Source: the human T2T-CHM13v2.0 reference genome, Homo sapiens. Taken from it: a DNA stretch of 64,000 nucleotides. Of this stretch, positions 1 through 14,183 are shown one piece after another. The notes beneath the pieces are model-generated. The model ran no database searches. It saw only the letters and a list, made by a program, of their open reading frames with translations, and was not told the DNA's origin. The stretch lies in NCBI RefSeq assembly GCF_009914755.1, contig NC_060933.1; one strand, written 5' to 3'. How positions within the stretch are numbered: position 1 is the stretch's first letter; each line of letters opens with the position of its first letter. Made by a program: the position numbers and the translations under genes.

Positions 1-787
1 GGGGCGGCTGGCCGGGCGGGGGGCTGACCCCCCCACCTCCCTCCCGGACAGGCGGCTGGCCGGGCAGAGGGGCTCCTCACTTCCCAGTAGGGGCGGCCGG
101 GCAGAGGTGCCCCTCACCTCCCAGACGGGGCGGCTGGCCAGGCGGGGGGCTGACCCCCCCACCTCCCTCCCGGACAGGCGGCTGGCCGGGCAGAGGGGCT
201 CCTCACTTCCCAGTAGGGGCGGCCGGGCAGAGGTGCCCCTCACCTCCCGGACGGGGCGGCTGGCCAGGCGGGGGGCTGATCCCCCCACCTCCCTCCCGGA
301 CGGGGCGGCTGGCCGGGCGGGGGGCTGACCCCCCCACCTCCCTCCCGGACAAGGTGGCTGCCGGGCGGAGACGCTCCTCACTTCCCAGACGGGGTGGCTG
401 CTGGGCGGAGGGGCTCCTCACTTCCCAGACGGGGCGGCTGCCGGGCGGAGGGGCTCCTCACTTCTCAGACGGGGCGGTTGCCAGGCAGAGGGTCTCCTCA
501 CTTCTCAGACGGGGCATCCGGGCAGAGACGCTCCTCACATCCCGGACGGGGCGGCAGGGCAGAGGTGCTCCCCACATCTCAGACGATGGGCGGCCGGGCA
601 GAGACACTCCTCACTTCCCAGATGTGATGGCGGCCGGGAAGAGGCGCTCCTCACTTCCTAGATGGGATGGCCGCCGGGCAGAGACGCTCCTCACTTTCCA
701 GACTGGGCAGCCAGGCAGAGGGGCTCCTCACATCCCAGACGATGGGTGGCCAGGCGGAGACGCTCCTCACTTCCCAGACGGGGTGGC
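1..787 (-). mobile_element. SVA retrotransposon, VNTR domain; 5'-truncated, 3' part lies outside the window
   Basis: Reverse complement gives canonical SVA VNTR units (gccccgtccgggagggaggtggggg; gccaccccgtctgggaagtgaggagcgtctc). The element ends abruptly at 787 with no Alu-like domain and no CCCTCT hexamer. Confidence 0.96.
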
Positions 788-2124
788 ATGACCTTGGCAT
801 CTTTTCTATCACTGGTAAGATTCCAGTCAATTCTTTTCTGGATCATTCACTTTGCATCATATATAAACTAATAGAAACCTAAATTCAAATACAGCCATAG
901 AATCATCCATAATGTATCAAATTAGTAATTGATAATGTCAAGTGGATCATGACATATTCAATGTATCCAGCTTGAATTCACAGGGTGATTTAGCTGCTGA
1001 AAGCCTTAACTGGCCATCTTCAGATTTTGCCAACATTAAGGGAATTTTAAGGGAAAAATACCGTCACGAAAGCAGATTAGAATATCCATGTTCCCTGAAA
1101 ACTCTAAAATTGTGACTCTTCATAAATCATCCGAGAATAACTGATCAGGTTCAATTATTTCCTTATCACCAAAACCATCACTGAGGGAATATTTAAGAGT
1201 AGTGAATGAAAAGGTATAGACAGTATAAGACCACATTATTATAGTCCATCTTCTGAGTTGACTTTCCTTTAGTTACACCAAAATATTCTGTAACAGCCAA
1301 CACATTATATCTAAGGAGTGATGACGATAAACTGGAAGGAGAATTAAGAGATTGTTTAGTGCTCCAGACAGGAAAAACACTTTCTCCAATTTGCCAAATA
1401 ATTATTGGTAGCTATTTTAGATGCATTATCTTTAAAGACAAAGCAAGTTCTAAATTTATGATCTCCATTAAGATAGAATATAATTATGCTTATTTTATAT
1501 AGAAAGAAATGGAAGCAGGCACAAATTAGTTGACCTTCCCATTGCTGCAGGCGGAAAAACCATGGATGAGAATTTGGAAGATCCTAGAGTTACTTTTCAG
1601 CTCAGAACCTGGAGAGGAGGATAACATTGTACTCAACAGAACACTAGGTCAAAAGTTAGAGCTTCCTAGCTTTATTATCTGTGTGGTATTGTTTCTACTG
1701 AAAGTAGGAACAAAATATTTGCAACTAAAAAAGAAATTGTCCAATACAACTGCTGGGGTCTCTGAAAACCTTTGGGCCTTTTGGAGCTAGATGCTGTATA
1801 AACTTATCCGGCTCATTCTCATTTAGCATAGGTTTATAGCAACATATCTGATTGGCTCAGCTGGGCTTGGGGCTCAGTGCTAGCCTGCAATATTAGTGGA
1901 CAATGTGTTCAAATGGAGCTGCAGAAGTTATCTATTGTTTTCTTCAATATTGCAGCTTAGAAGTTGCCAGAATATTATTCATTTTGTTATTTGTTTCCTC
2001 TTTCTTGTATTGAGTATGCCTGGATTTTTTGTATGCTTGGATTTTTTGGTTTATATATTAGCCAATCACACGTCCTCCAAAATGGGAATGTTCATGATCA
2101 TTTAAAGCAGGCAAAAACTGACAT

Positions 2125-2292
2125 GTGACTTTAAGAAAATTACTCAACCTTTCAAAATCTTGTGTTTCTTGCCTCTAAACATGGGGATAATAACAGTCCT
2201 ACCTCATAAAGTTTTCATTTGGGATTAAATGAGATAATGCATGCAAAGTACATAGCACTATGCCTGGCACATAGTGCTCAATAATAGTTAAA
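2125..2292 (+). mobile_element. MIR SINE fragment
   Basis: MIR core: taaacatggggataataacag...gattaaatgagataatgcatgcaaag...cctggcacatag. Confidence 0.75.
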
Positions 2293-2502
2293 GTTGTCAT
2301 CCTTGTTTTTATGGAGTTCTAAATATTTGCATTGTGATGTAATTAATTTCTCTGCTTGGTCATACATATAAACTCTGTGAAGCACTTGAAAATACCATTG
2401 AAATGAGAATCAGGCAAAGCCTGATCATGACTTTTACAGGACTGAACACTGCAAATATCATGGTACTCTCCAACATCTAATTTAAAACAAAGTATATTAG
2501 CA

Positions 2503-2622
2503 AGCTGGGTGCAGTGGCTCATGCCTCTAATCCCAGCTCTTTGGGAGGCCAAGGTGTGAAGATCACTTGAGGCCAGGAGTTTGAGACCAGTGTGGTCAAT
2601 AAAGCAAGACCCCATTTCTATT
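2503..2622 (+). mobile_element. Alu left monomer (FLAM-like)
   Basis: gctgggtgcagtggctcatgcc...tttgggaggccaagg...ggagtttgagacc; no right arm. Confidence 0.85.
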
Positions 2623-3429
2623 TTTTTTTAAAAGCCTAACAACACTAAACATACATGCATACTGAAGTCAGATGTTTCTTTCCGGAAAAAAAAAAAAAAC
2701 TGCTTTGCTGATTCTCTAAACAACTGCTTACTTATTCTATTATGTAATCCAGCCATGGAATTAGCAATTTGTAATGATTATATTTTCATAATTAGAGTGT
2801 AGGGTTCTATAGCCATGGTTAGTATCTTGCAGTAATTATATACATGGGCTAAATGCATAAGAACTGTGAGTCAACAGTGTCATTGAACTGAATGCTAAAA
2901 TCCTAAATCTTTTTTTTTTCTTTTGGAATCAAACCTTTTTTCCAGTATTGATATAGGTCAGATTTAATGGCAGAAGTAAATGGGGAAAATTAATTTGGTA
3001 CAAATTTTTAGGAATAAATCTATGTGTTAAGGCGGTCAAACTGTATAACATTCATGAAGAAAAATTTGATGTGATGTCACATTGCTGTGCATGGTGTGAG
3101 GATAACCCTGAAAAATAGAGTAACAGGTCTGAAGGGCAAGGTGGCCGTGGAATTAATAAATACATTTGTAGTGGAATTCAATATTGCATAAATGACCATG
3201 GAATAGCCCCTCAGCAGATGACAAATGAGCCTACTGCAAAAGGAACCATGGGCTGGAATTACAACTGGTCTTGACAAAATATGCAATGAGTTGATTCCAT
3301 GGGCGATGTTTGTCGCTAGTGGAATAACAGATAATACTGAGTGAAAATACTCAGCCTATTGCATTTGCGTCACAGAAAATGCTCCATATACCTCAGCTTA
3401 ATAGACTACAAGGTAATTGTGGTGGCTAA

Positions 3430-3690
3430 GTGGTGGGGGAAGGAGCATTGGCTTGAGAGTCACAGCCAAGGTACGAGTATGGGTTCTGTTCCTGACTGCA
3501 AGTGTCACTTGCTAGCCATGTGATGTTTGTATTACAACTATTATCCTTTTGACATGGGCTAATTGCACTCACCAAGCTTCATTGACCTCATCTTTAAAAT
3601 GGACTATAATCATCTCCACTGCAGTTTCTGAAGGGATTACATGAGATGATGCTGAAAACCACTGAGCAGTGCATTTAGCACGTATTTAAA
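3430..3690 (+). mobile_element. MIR SINE, diverged
   Basis: ctcatctttaaaatggactataat...gattacatgagatgatg resembles the MIR core. Confidence 0.6.
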
Positions 3691-3786
3691 GGCTAGATAC
3701 ACATTACCCACAATTCCACTTTTCTGTCAATCAAATATTTTTATTTAAAAAAATTTAGTCACACTGTAGTTAAACATTTAGAATTA

Positions 3787-4118
<332 letters not shown>

Positions 4119-4503
4119 GAATTACTTTAATTGATCTAATTCAGAAAGTTATTAATGAAAAATTATTTTAATTATTTTTAAAGAAGGTTTCCCCCAACTG
4201 GAAAAACCTAATCATTTATATATCCAATAAAAACAACTCTTTGGATTATTTTGGTACATTCTTAGTTGTTTCTAGATGGTAATGTCTTAATAGTAGACTG
4301 GCTTCACAAATTTAAGATAAGCAGGATTAAATGAATAGAAATGCATGTGATTGAGCATTAATGGCCCAGTGTTTCAGGCCTGTCTCTGCTACTGATTAGT
4401 TGTTTGACCTGTTGGAAATTATGTAACCTCTCCAAGTCTCAATTATTTGTAAGACAAGGAGGTTGCATAACATGATTCTAAAATTTCTTCCTGTGCTGTA
4501 AAC

Positions 4504-4816
4504 CTGAGCTGTCCAATATGGCAGCCACTAGCCATATGTGACTATTGAGCACATGCAACATGGCTGGAAATGGAGATGTAAAATATACGCTGGATTTGGA
4601 AGACTCCATAGGAAAAAGCTAATGTAAAATGTATCATTAATATCTTTTCATTGTGCTTACATGTTAAAAAAATACTATTTTGAATATATTTGGCTAAGTA
4701 AAATATATTACTAATACTAATTGACCTGTTTCTTTTTTAATGTGGTCACTAGGAAAGTTAAGATGCCATGTGGCTTGCATTTGTCGTGTGCATTTCATCT
4801 CTATTGGGCAGTGTTG
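4504..4816 (-). mobile_element. MER33 hAT-Charlie DNA transposon
   Basis: Terminal inverted repeats ctgagctgtccaata / tattgggcagtgttg. Internal gccactagccatatgtgactattgagcac matches MER33/MER3. Confidence 0.85.
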
Positions 4817-5883
4817 TTCTAAGAATTCTCTGAGTTTATGAAATAAGTTTTAGTGAGAGTTCCAATTAAATCATACCCAGATCTAGAATTCAGATCTTCT
4901 GGGAAATTTCTGATAAGTAGATAGTGTTGGTGGCTCCCCCTCCATCTGACTGCAGCAGTTGATTTGCATGGCTATGCAGAGATGTAGCCTTTGAGGAAGT
5001 AGGAGAAGGGAAGGGGAATGGATGAGATTAGAGTACAGTGGGGACAGATAGAGACTGCAGCCAGAATCCAGTGGAGCTGTTCATGGAGTGGGGATTCTGA
5101 GACGGTGGAGTACATGTAGCGCACTTTTGGTTCTCGGGAAATAAAGCCCTGCAAGTCCACCTGCGAATGGGGTAGAAAAACACTGTGATACTACCATCAG
5201 CTGTCTGTTTGGGGAGCACTGGTGATAGCCCACTTCAAAGGAGTCTGCTAAACTCATGACAGGCACAGCAGGCACTTCTCAGGTATTGGCTTGAAGGAGT
5301 GAAATAAGAGAACAGAGCAGGCCACACAGTGAGACAGCCTGAATAGATCAATTCATAAACTATGGACTCTCAGACATAATCAGATGAGATTTTGCATAGT
5401 ACCAATGTCTAGGACTCAAAATGTGGGTGCGATAACATTTGGGATCTTAATGTTGATAAGGCCAGTGAGATCAAGGAAAGTTTTTATTTTACTTTTTTAG
5501 CAAAGCAACATAAAGGTCTTTAAAAATAAAAGTTGTTTGAGAGCAATGACACACCAGGTTTTCTGTGTTGTTTCAAACAGCAGGCAGTGTGCTCATGGTG
5601 TCTTGCCTAGGTCGTCTGGGTGAGGTTATGGGGTACAGTGAAGATGGAGAAGTATTGACAGATATGCACGTTGCCACTTCTGTGTTGCCTCCTCTGTCGG
5701 TTTATAGCCAATAAAATGTAGACAACATTCACTATCTTTAGGGGGCATCCAATGCTCAGTTCTAGCTAATTATTGCAGACGCAGGGCTCCCAGATCTTCT
5801 GGTGTCTAAAGAGAAGCTGGAAACCTTGATTTTTATGTCACATACTATAATATTTAAATGTTAGTAATTAGCACAAATTAATA

Positions 5884-5889
5884 CGCGCG

Positions 5890-5927
<38 letters not shown>
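5884..5927. repeat. (CG)n(CA)n alternating purine-pyrimidine microsatellite
   Basis: cgcgcgcgcgcacatacacacacaca... read directly. Confidence 0.95.
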
Positions 5928-5929
<2 letters not shown>

Positions 5930-7384
5930 ATCTGTTGGCAGGATGCTGTCCCAGGGCCATCAGTGTACACTGTGATATTTCTAATATTAGAAACCCTATA
6001 AATAAGCAGCCCTTATTTGCACATTCTGGAACAATTTTTCAAAGCTTTCCTAGTCTTCTTCTTCTTTAAATAATGCAGGGTTTTTTTGCGGGCTCACTAA
6101 GACATGCTTTTCCTGCACAAAGAACCTGAGACATGAGCTTGGCTCAGATATGCTACCACAAGGTGGAGCTCAAACGTTTTTCTTTTTTGTCGAGTTTTAC
6201 ATGAAGTTAATGCTGATTAATGCAATAACTGAAACTATGATTCTATGACAGCTTAGTTTATCTCCTGCTGAGATTGCTTATGTGCTTTGGTTTTGTTCAG
6301 AATTATTAGCTGTAAAAACAAACAGCAAACAAACACCGCACACCCTGAAAACATAACAGCCTACCCGTCTAATTTTTATTTTATTTTTATTGTATAGATT
6401 TAGGTTAATTTACATTTTACCATGACATATGCTGAAGGCAGAGTTAAAGGAGTAAGAAAAATATAGAGTTTGGAACTCTTGGGATCCTATAGGCTTACAA
6501 TTCAAATTTTAAATTTAAAATAGAAAATAAACCGAAAAGAAAACATAATTCTCTAAGACAAGAAACATGTTTCCGTTTAGGTAAAAGGAAAACCGATGAT
6601 TTGTCCCTATGGGCTGAGGTACTTAAAGAATCTCTCTCTGCCTTAGGGCCTAGTCCTTCCTTAGGTTTCCAGCTTTATTTCCTGCCATTCACTTGGAATT
6701 TCCCTGAACCTCACTTTCCAAGTACATGAGTCCATACAACATGCCCTGTTCTGAGATGTGGCTTTGCCTTGTTTGTTTGTTGTTTCATTTCCCAGCTGCT
6801 TCTGTTGTCTGGAAGGTGCTTTGTTGGCTGCATCCAGACTATTGGAGTTTTTCCTTTTTGTTTCTGTTTTAAAATAACAACTCTTGTTTCAAGGCTCAGC
6901 TGAAATCTAAAGCCCTTCAAGAAGTCTTTCCAGTTCTTCTAAGTCAGCTTCAATAATCTACTCTTCCATGATCATGATAGTACTGACTTAGGCTTTCTGG
7001 GCTACAGGACTGCTCTGAATACCTGACATGCCCATTCTCTGAGTTCCCACGAAGAGCATTCTTGTTTTACAGCTAAGACCCCTGAAGAGCAGAGAGACTG
7101 ATGCAGCTGAGCCTCTGCAGCTGGCACTGGAGTGAGACTCATCTCAGTCCTGAGTCTGTGCTCTTATCTGCTAAGCTATGGCATCTCCCTGAATTGTTAC
7201 ACCACATGCTTCATGGTCTTATCTTGCCATTTTTAACTTTTTATTATTATTATTATCATCACAGTGGCTTATTTATCTATTTACTCCATTAGAGTTTGAG
7301 CTGTTCAAGGCCAGAGGGTAAGTCTTGTCACTGTGACTCAGCAGTGCCGGCTCTGGGGCTGTCCAGGCAGGAGGGGAGGGGTTA

Positions 7385-7600
7385 TGGTTCAATGACTCTG
7401 AAGGCCAACGTCCAAGTTGACCTAGCTTTGCCATGTGTTAGCCATGGGGCCTGGAAAAAATGCATGTCCCTGATACTTAGTGTCCTCCCCTGTAAAATAT
7501 GGAAGGTAATTGCACTTCTTCCACAAAAAACAAGGTTTTGTGAAAAGTGGTTGAGTTAAAATCTCTGAAGAGCTTGAGATGCAGAGTCTGGCTCATAGAA
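7385..7600 (+). mobile_element. MIR SINE, diverged
   Basis: cttagtgtcctcccctgtaaaatatggaaggtaat...gtctggctcatag. Confidence 0.55.
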
Positions 7601-8324
7601 CTCCCTATGTGCTAGGAATTATTATAGCAGACATTTGGCACTTTGAATCGACAGTCCTGGCATTCAAACTGATCTATCACAGTTTTCAAGGCAGGTTTTA
7701 AAGCTTTAAACACGTTGTCCAGCTAACTTGTTGATGTTTTACTCCCAATTATTTTTAGAATAAAAAAAGTTTAAGGATTAGTTGGTGACCAGAAGTGATA
7801 AGGCAGGCCTTGACTTAGATGTGTGATCTACACTTGTAAACCTGGTAAATACTCTGCTGAGTAATACACACAAAACACACTGATTTTGAATAACTGGATC
7901 CCAATTTTATACACAGTAAGATGAGCAGGCAACTTTACAATGAGAAAATAAGACTATTAACTTCAATTTGTTTTTCTTATATTTAAATTCTAGGAGGTAT
8001 TCTTATGCTTCTGAGTCTCCTATTGACTTCTGCTGAGATTATTCTCACGATATTGCTGAAGAAATTTGAAATTTCCCATTAAAGCAGATGCTTCACTCTC
8101 CAATTCATTGAAGCTAAAAAAAGACACAATCTTTTAAAATTTTACAGAGGTTGTATGGATTTCAAGGTTATGATAAAGAATCTAAAATTCAATCACAATA
8201 TTTTCTTTATGGAAAATTTGATTGGATTTGCATAATTTTGACTTACAGGAAACTGGCCAGTCCCAAGTAAAAGGATTCTCTGTTCCTCTGTGAATTGCAT
8301 TATCCAGTAATTAGTTTAACACAT

Positions 8325-8722
8325 TGTATTAGTCCTTCTTGCATTGCTATAAAGAAATACCTGACACTGGGTAATTTATAAAGAAAAGAGGTTTAATTGG
8401 TTCATGGATCTGCAGGCTGTACAAGAGGCATGGTTCTGGCATCTGCTCCATTTCCGGGGAGGCCTCAGGAAACATACAATAACAGTGAAAGGTGAAGGGG
8501 AAGCTGGCACATATTACATGGCCAGGGCAGATGCCAGAGAGAGAGAGGGAGGTGCTACACACTTTTAAACAATCAGTTCTCATGAAAACTCTACCATGAG
8601 AACAGCACCAAAGGCAGAAATCTGTCCCCATGATCCAACCACCTTCCACCAGACCCACCTCCAACATTGGGGATTACAATTCGACAAGAAATTTGGGCAG
8701 GGACTCAGATCAACCCATATCA
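8325..8722 (-). mobile_element. MaLR solo LTR (MSTA/MSTB-like)
   Basis: Termini tgtattagtc...catatca. Perfect 5-bp TSD cacat at 8320-8324 and 8723-8727. Confidence 0.92.
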
Positions 8723-9524
8723 CACATGTTTTCTGAGTGCCTGCTACATACCACTCACTGTTCTAGTGACTGGCATGCTTTCCTCTTTGAAAATAACATG
8801 GCTATAATACTTATATTTTCTTGGTGACCAATCAAAGTCAAGTGAAAAGCTGAATCTTTGAAATAGGTAAATTCAAGCAGTTGAAAATTTAACTGCCTTA
8901 ATAGTTTACAAGGAAACTAAGGAGGATTAACCAAAGTGGGCCCGAGTGTGGGTCTTCCCACGTTCTCTTCTTGTCCTTTCTCTAATTGAAGGTCTCATCC
9001 TCACTGCTGCTCCCTTCGACTACCCCAGGCACTGCCGCCTGGCCAGGATAGGAAGGTGCCACACAAGAGTGACCCTTCCATCTCTTCCTTTGGGCTCCAT
9101 CTGCCTCCTGGTTTTCACTGTCGCTGGGTTTAGATTATTATAGGGTTTCCAAATTCCCAGCAGATAGTAATCTTTGAAATTTCAGAACAAATAATCAGAA
9201 TTCCTGAAATGGTATTATTCTCTATTTTTAAGAATACATATTTACATATTTTTAATTAGTAACAAGTGACCATAATATTAAACTATGAATCATTTTTCTA
9301 CTATAAGATTTTACAGAAAGTTGATTTAAAATTATTATTATAAATCAATATATTGGGACAAAATGATATGTTTTAAAATGATATGTTAAAATGATCTTTA
9401 ACTGACATTGACATTTTATAGTAGAAAACATTGAAAGAAGGGGTGTTAAAACAAAACAATTGCTGAATAAAAATAATTTTAAAATGTAAACTTTATATTA
9501 TGTATATTTAATGTTTAGAAGTTA

Positions 9525-11195
<1,671 letters not shown>

Positions 11196-11605
11196 TACTG
11201 AATTTTAAAACACAAAGCACTAGCCATCTTATCCAACAGTCTCGATCTTTGTTTTGTGACAAAAACTGCTGCTTTTATTTCACATTGATGTTTTCTCATT
11301 TATTAAGAATGCATCCAAAACTATATTCAAGCCAGGCATTAGGATACATGTAGCTTCATATAAGCTCATTTCCTTTTTTAATAATTTTAGTTTTTTTCTA
11401 TTGAAATCAATATTGCTTTTACTAATTCAGATTTTAGAACAGTTTTTTGATTTCCCAAGGGAGACCACTTCGATAATATTCACATCTTCTTCTTCTTTCA
11501 TTTCCTCTCTTCACGTATTTGCAAAGAACCGTAACCTACAGCAAATAATCAGACCTGAAAAACACCAGAAAATATTCCTGGGTAATATTCAAATATTGTA
11601 ATTCC

Positions 11606-11944
<339 letters not shown>

Positions 11945-13423
11945 GATTGATCAAAATAGTAGAATTGGCTAGCAAGGTTAACAATACTGCACAGAATCAC
12001 CGTTTGAAGTTGTTAATTAAAGGACTTATTTTGCTTTCCAAAACTTGTTATTTCTGGGCACATCAGTCATAGGATTTGTTTAAAGTACACTATACAAATG
12101 AACTTGTTAGTATTTATTTGCAAAAACAACTTACCAGTAGCAGCAGACAGGGCCATGAGCAACTGTTCATAACAAGACAACAGTTATAGCAAGACTGACT
12201 GATGAGATGGTTCTTGCTTTTCTCCTCTATGTCTTGTTTAGGTTCCTGGAAATGTTGGCCTTAACCTCCAGCCACCAAATGTCTTGCTTTCAACTAGACA
12301 TCAGTGAACTCCTTCTAACCAGTAATGCCTCCACGTTGATTGTTAGTCTTTAATAATTATGGGAGAAGTAAACAGTTTTTCTTTTTTTCTTAGTTTCTCA
12401 ACTTGGTTTCTTGATTTTTCTTAAGATCCTGAAAAACATAAATTTCCCAAGAAAGACCAGGCAAGAATTTTCACATTGAAATACTCATGTAGAAAACCCT
12501 TGTGGCTGCTCCCACCTTCTCTGCTGGAACTTTCTCACACTTATCTTGAGCTATGAGTTTCCTCATAAATCCAATCTGTTGGCCTCTTGTGTTTCCAGTA
12601 TTTCTCACAGTTTCTTATCTAAGTTCTCCTTTTTAATCTTTCAGCATGGCTGAATATCTCTTAAAATATGTTTTCTGTTATTGTTAGGGTTTTGGTATGA
12701 GAGGAAAAAATCATGTCCTTTCTGCTATCTTGAAATGAAAGTTTAGCATTTCCATTTTAAAACTCCATTACTGCAATAACGAGATAAGAAGAAGCCCTTT
12801 ATCAATACAGTGTTGAGAAGAAGGAGCCGCAGGATTCTCACCTGCTTTAGAGATAAACGGTGTTATATTGAGCTGTTTCTTTAGTCCGTGCCAGGGGGGT
12901 AAGTAATTTGATAAGAAATGGTTTGGTTTTTCATTTTTTTAATCTGTATATAAATGAACCATTCTTATTGCAATAATGGCTTTAATATATTAATCAGTGC
13001 TTTCTGATTAAATGCTACATTTCATTATACTGTGCTATTGAAATGACAGTCTGTATGATTAGAGACAAATGTCCTATGATGAGCAAATCTTACTTCAAAT
13101 CTGTTAACTGCTTATACCTGCCTCCCTCCTGATCTGGACTCCTCCAATTAACAGGTAATTGTTAGAATATTCAACTTAAGCTTCAATCCTAATGCTCTTA
13201 TGATACTTACTTCTTTGTTATTATGTTTGTATTTGTGCAATGAAGGCTTTGCAGGAAAAGGAACAGAATTAGTGAGAAAGAAGAATCTCCCTCCACGCCC
13301 CTCCTCCACCCCCAATAGCAGTTTCCATTAGTCTTGGTTTACAGCAGCTATAAATTAACTTCCCCATGAGAAAGGGGAGGGGACACCAGAAGTCCTTGAC
13401 TTTAGTATATTCACACTGGAATT

Positions 13424-13700
13424 TGTTAATGGAAAAACCAAACCCTGTAAAATATATAAAGAGGTTTATACTGAGCCAATTATGAGTAACCATGGCCCTG
13501 GGGAACAGTCTCTAGAAGTCCTGAGAAAGTTTGCCTGAGGCAGTCAGGCTACATTTTGGTTTTACACATTTTTAGAGAGGCAGGAATTTTAGGTAAAATC
13601 ATAAATCAACACATGGAAGATGTACATTGGTTCAGACTAAAGAGGTGAGATGTCTTGAAGCAGAGGGCTTAGCAGGTCATAGCTGTTTTCAAAGATTTTC
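13424..13700 (-). mobile_element. ERV1 MER4-group LTR fragment
   Basis: ctgtaaaatatataaagaggtttatactgagccaattatgagtaaccatggccc...gtcctgagaa resembles the reverse complement of a MER4 LTR 3' end. Confidence 0.75.
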
Positions 13701-13701
13701 T

Positions 13702-14183
<482 letters not shown>

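Noticed and set aside
107-882. Six overlapping GC-rich ORFs
   Set aside because: They are translations of the stop-poor SVA VNTR, not genes.
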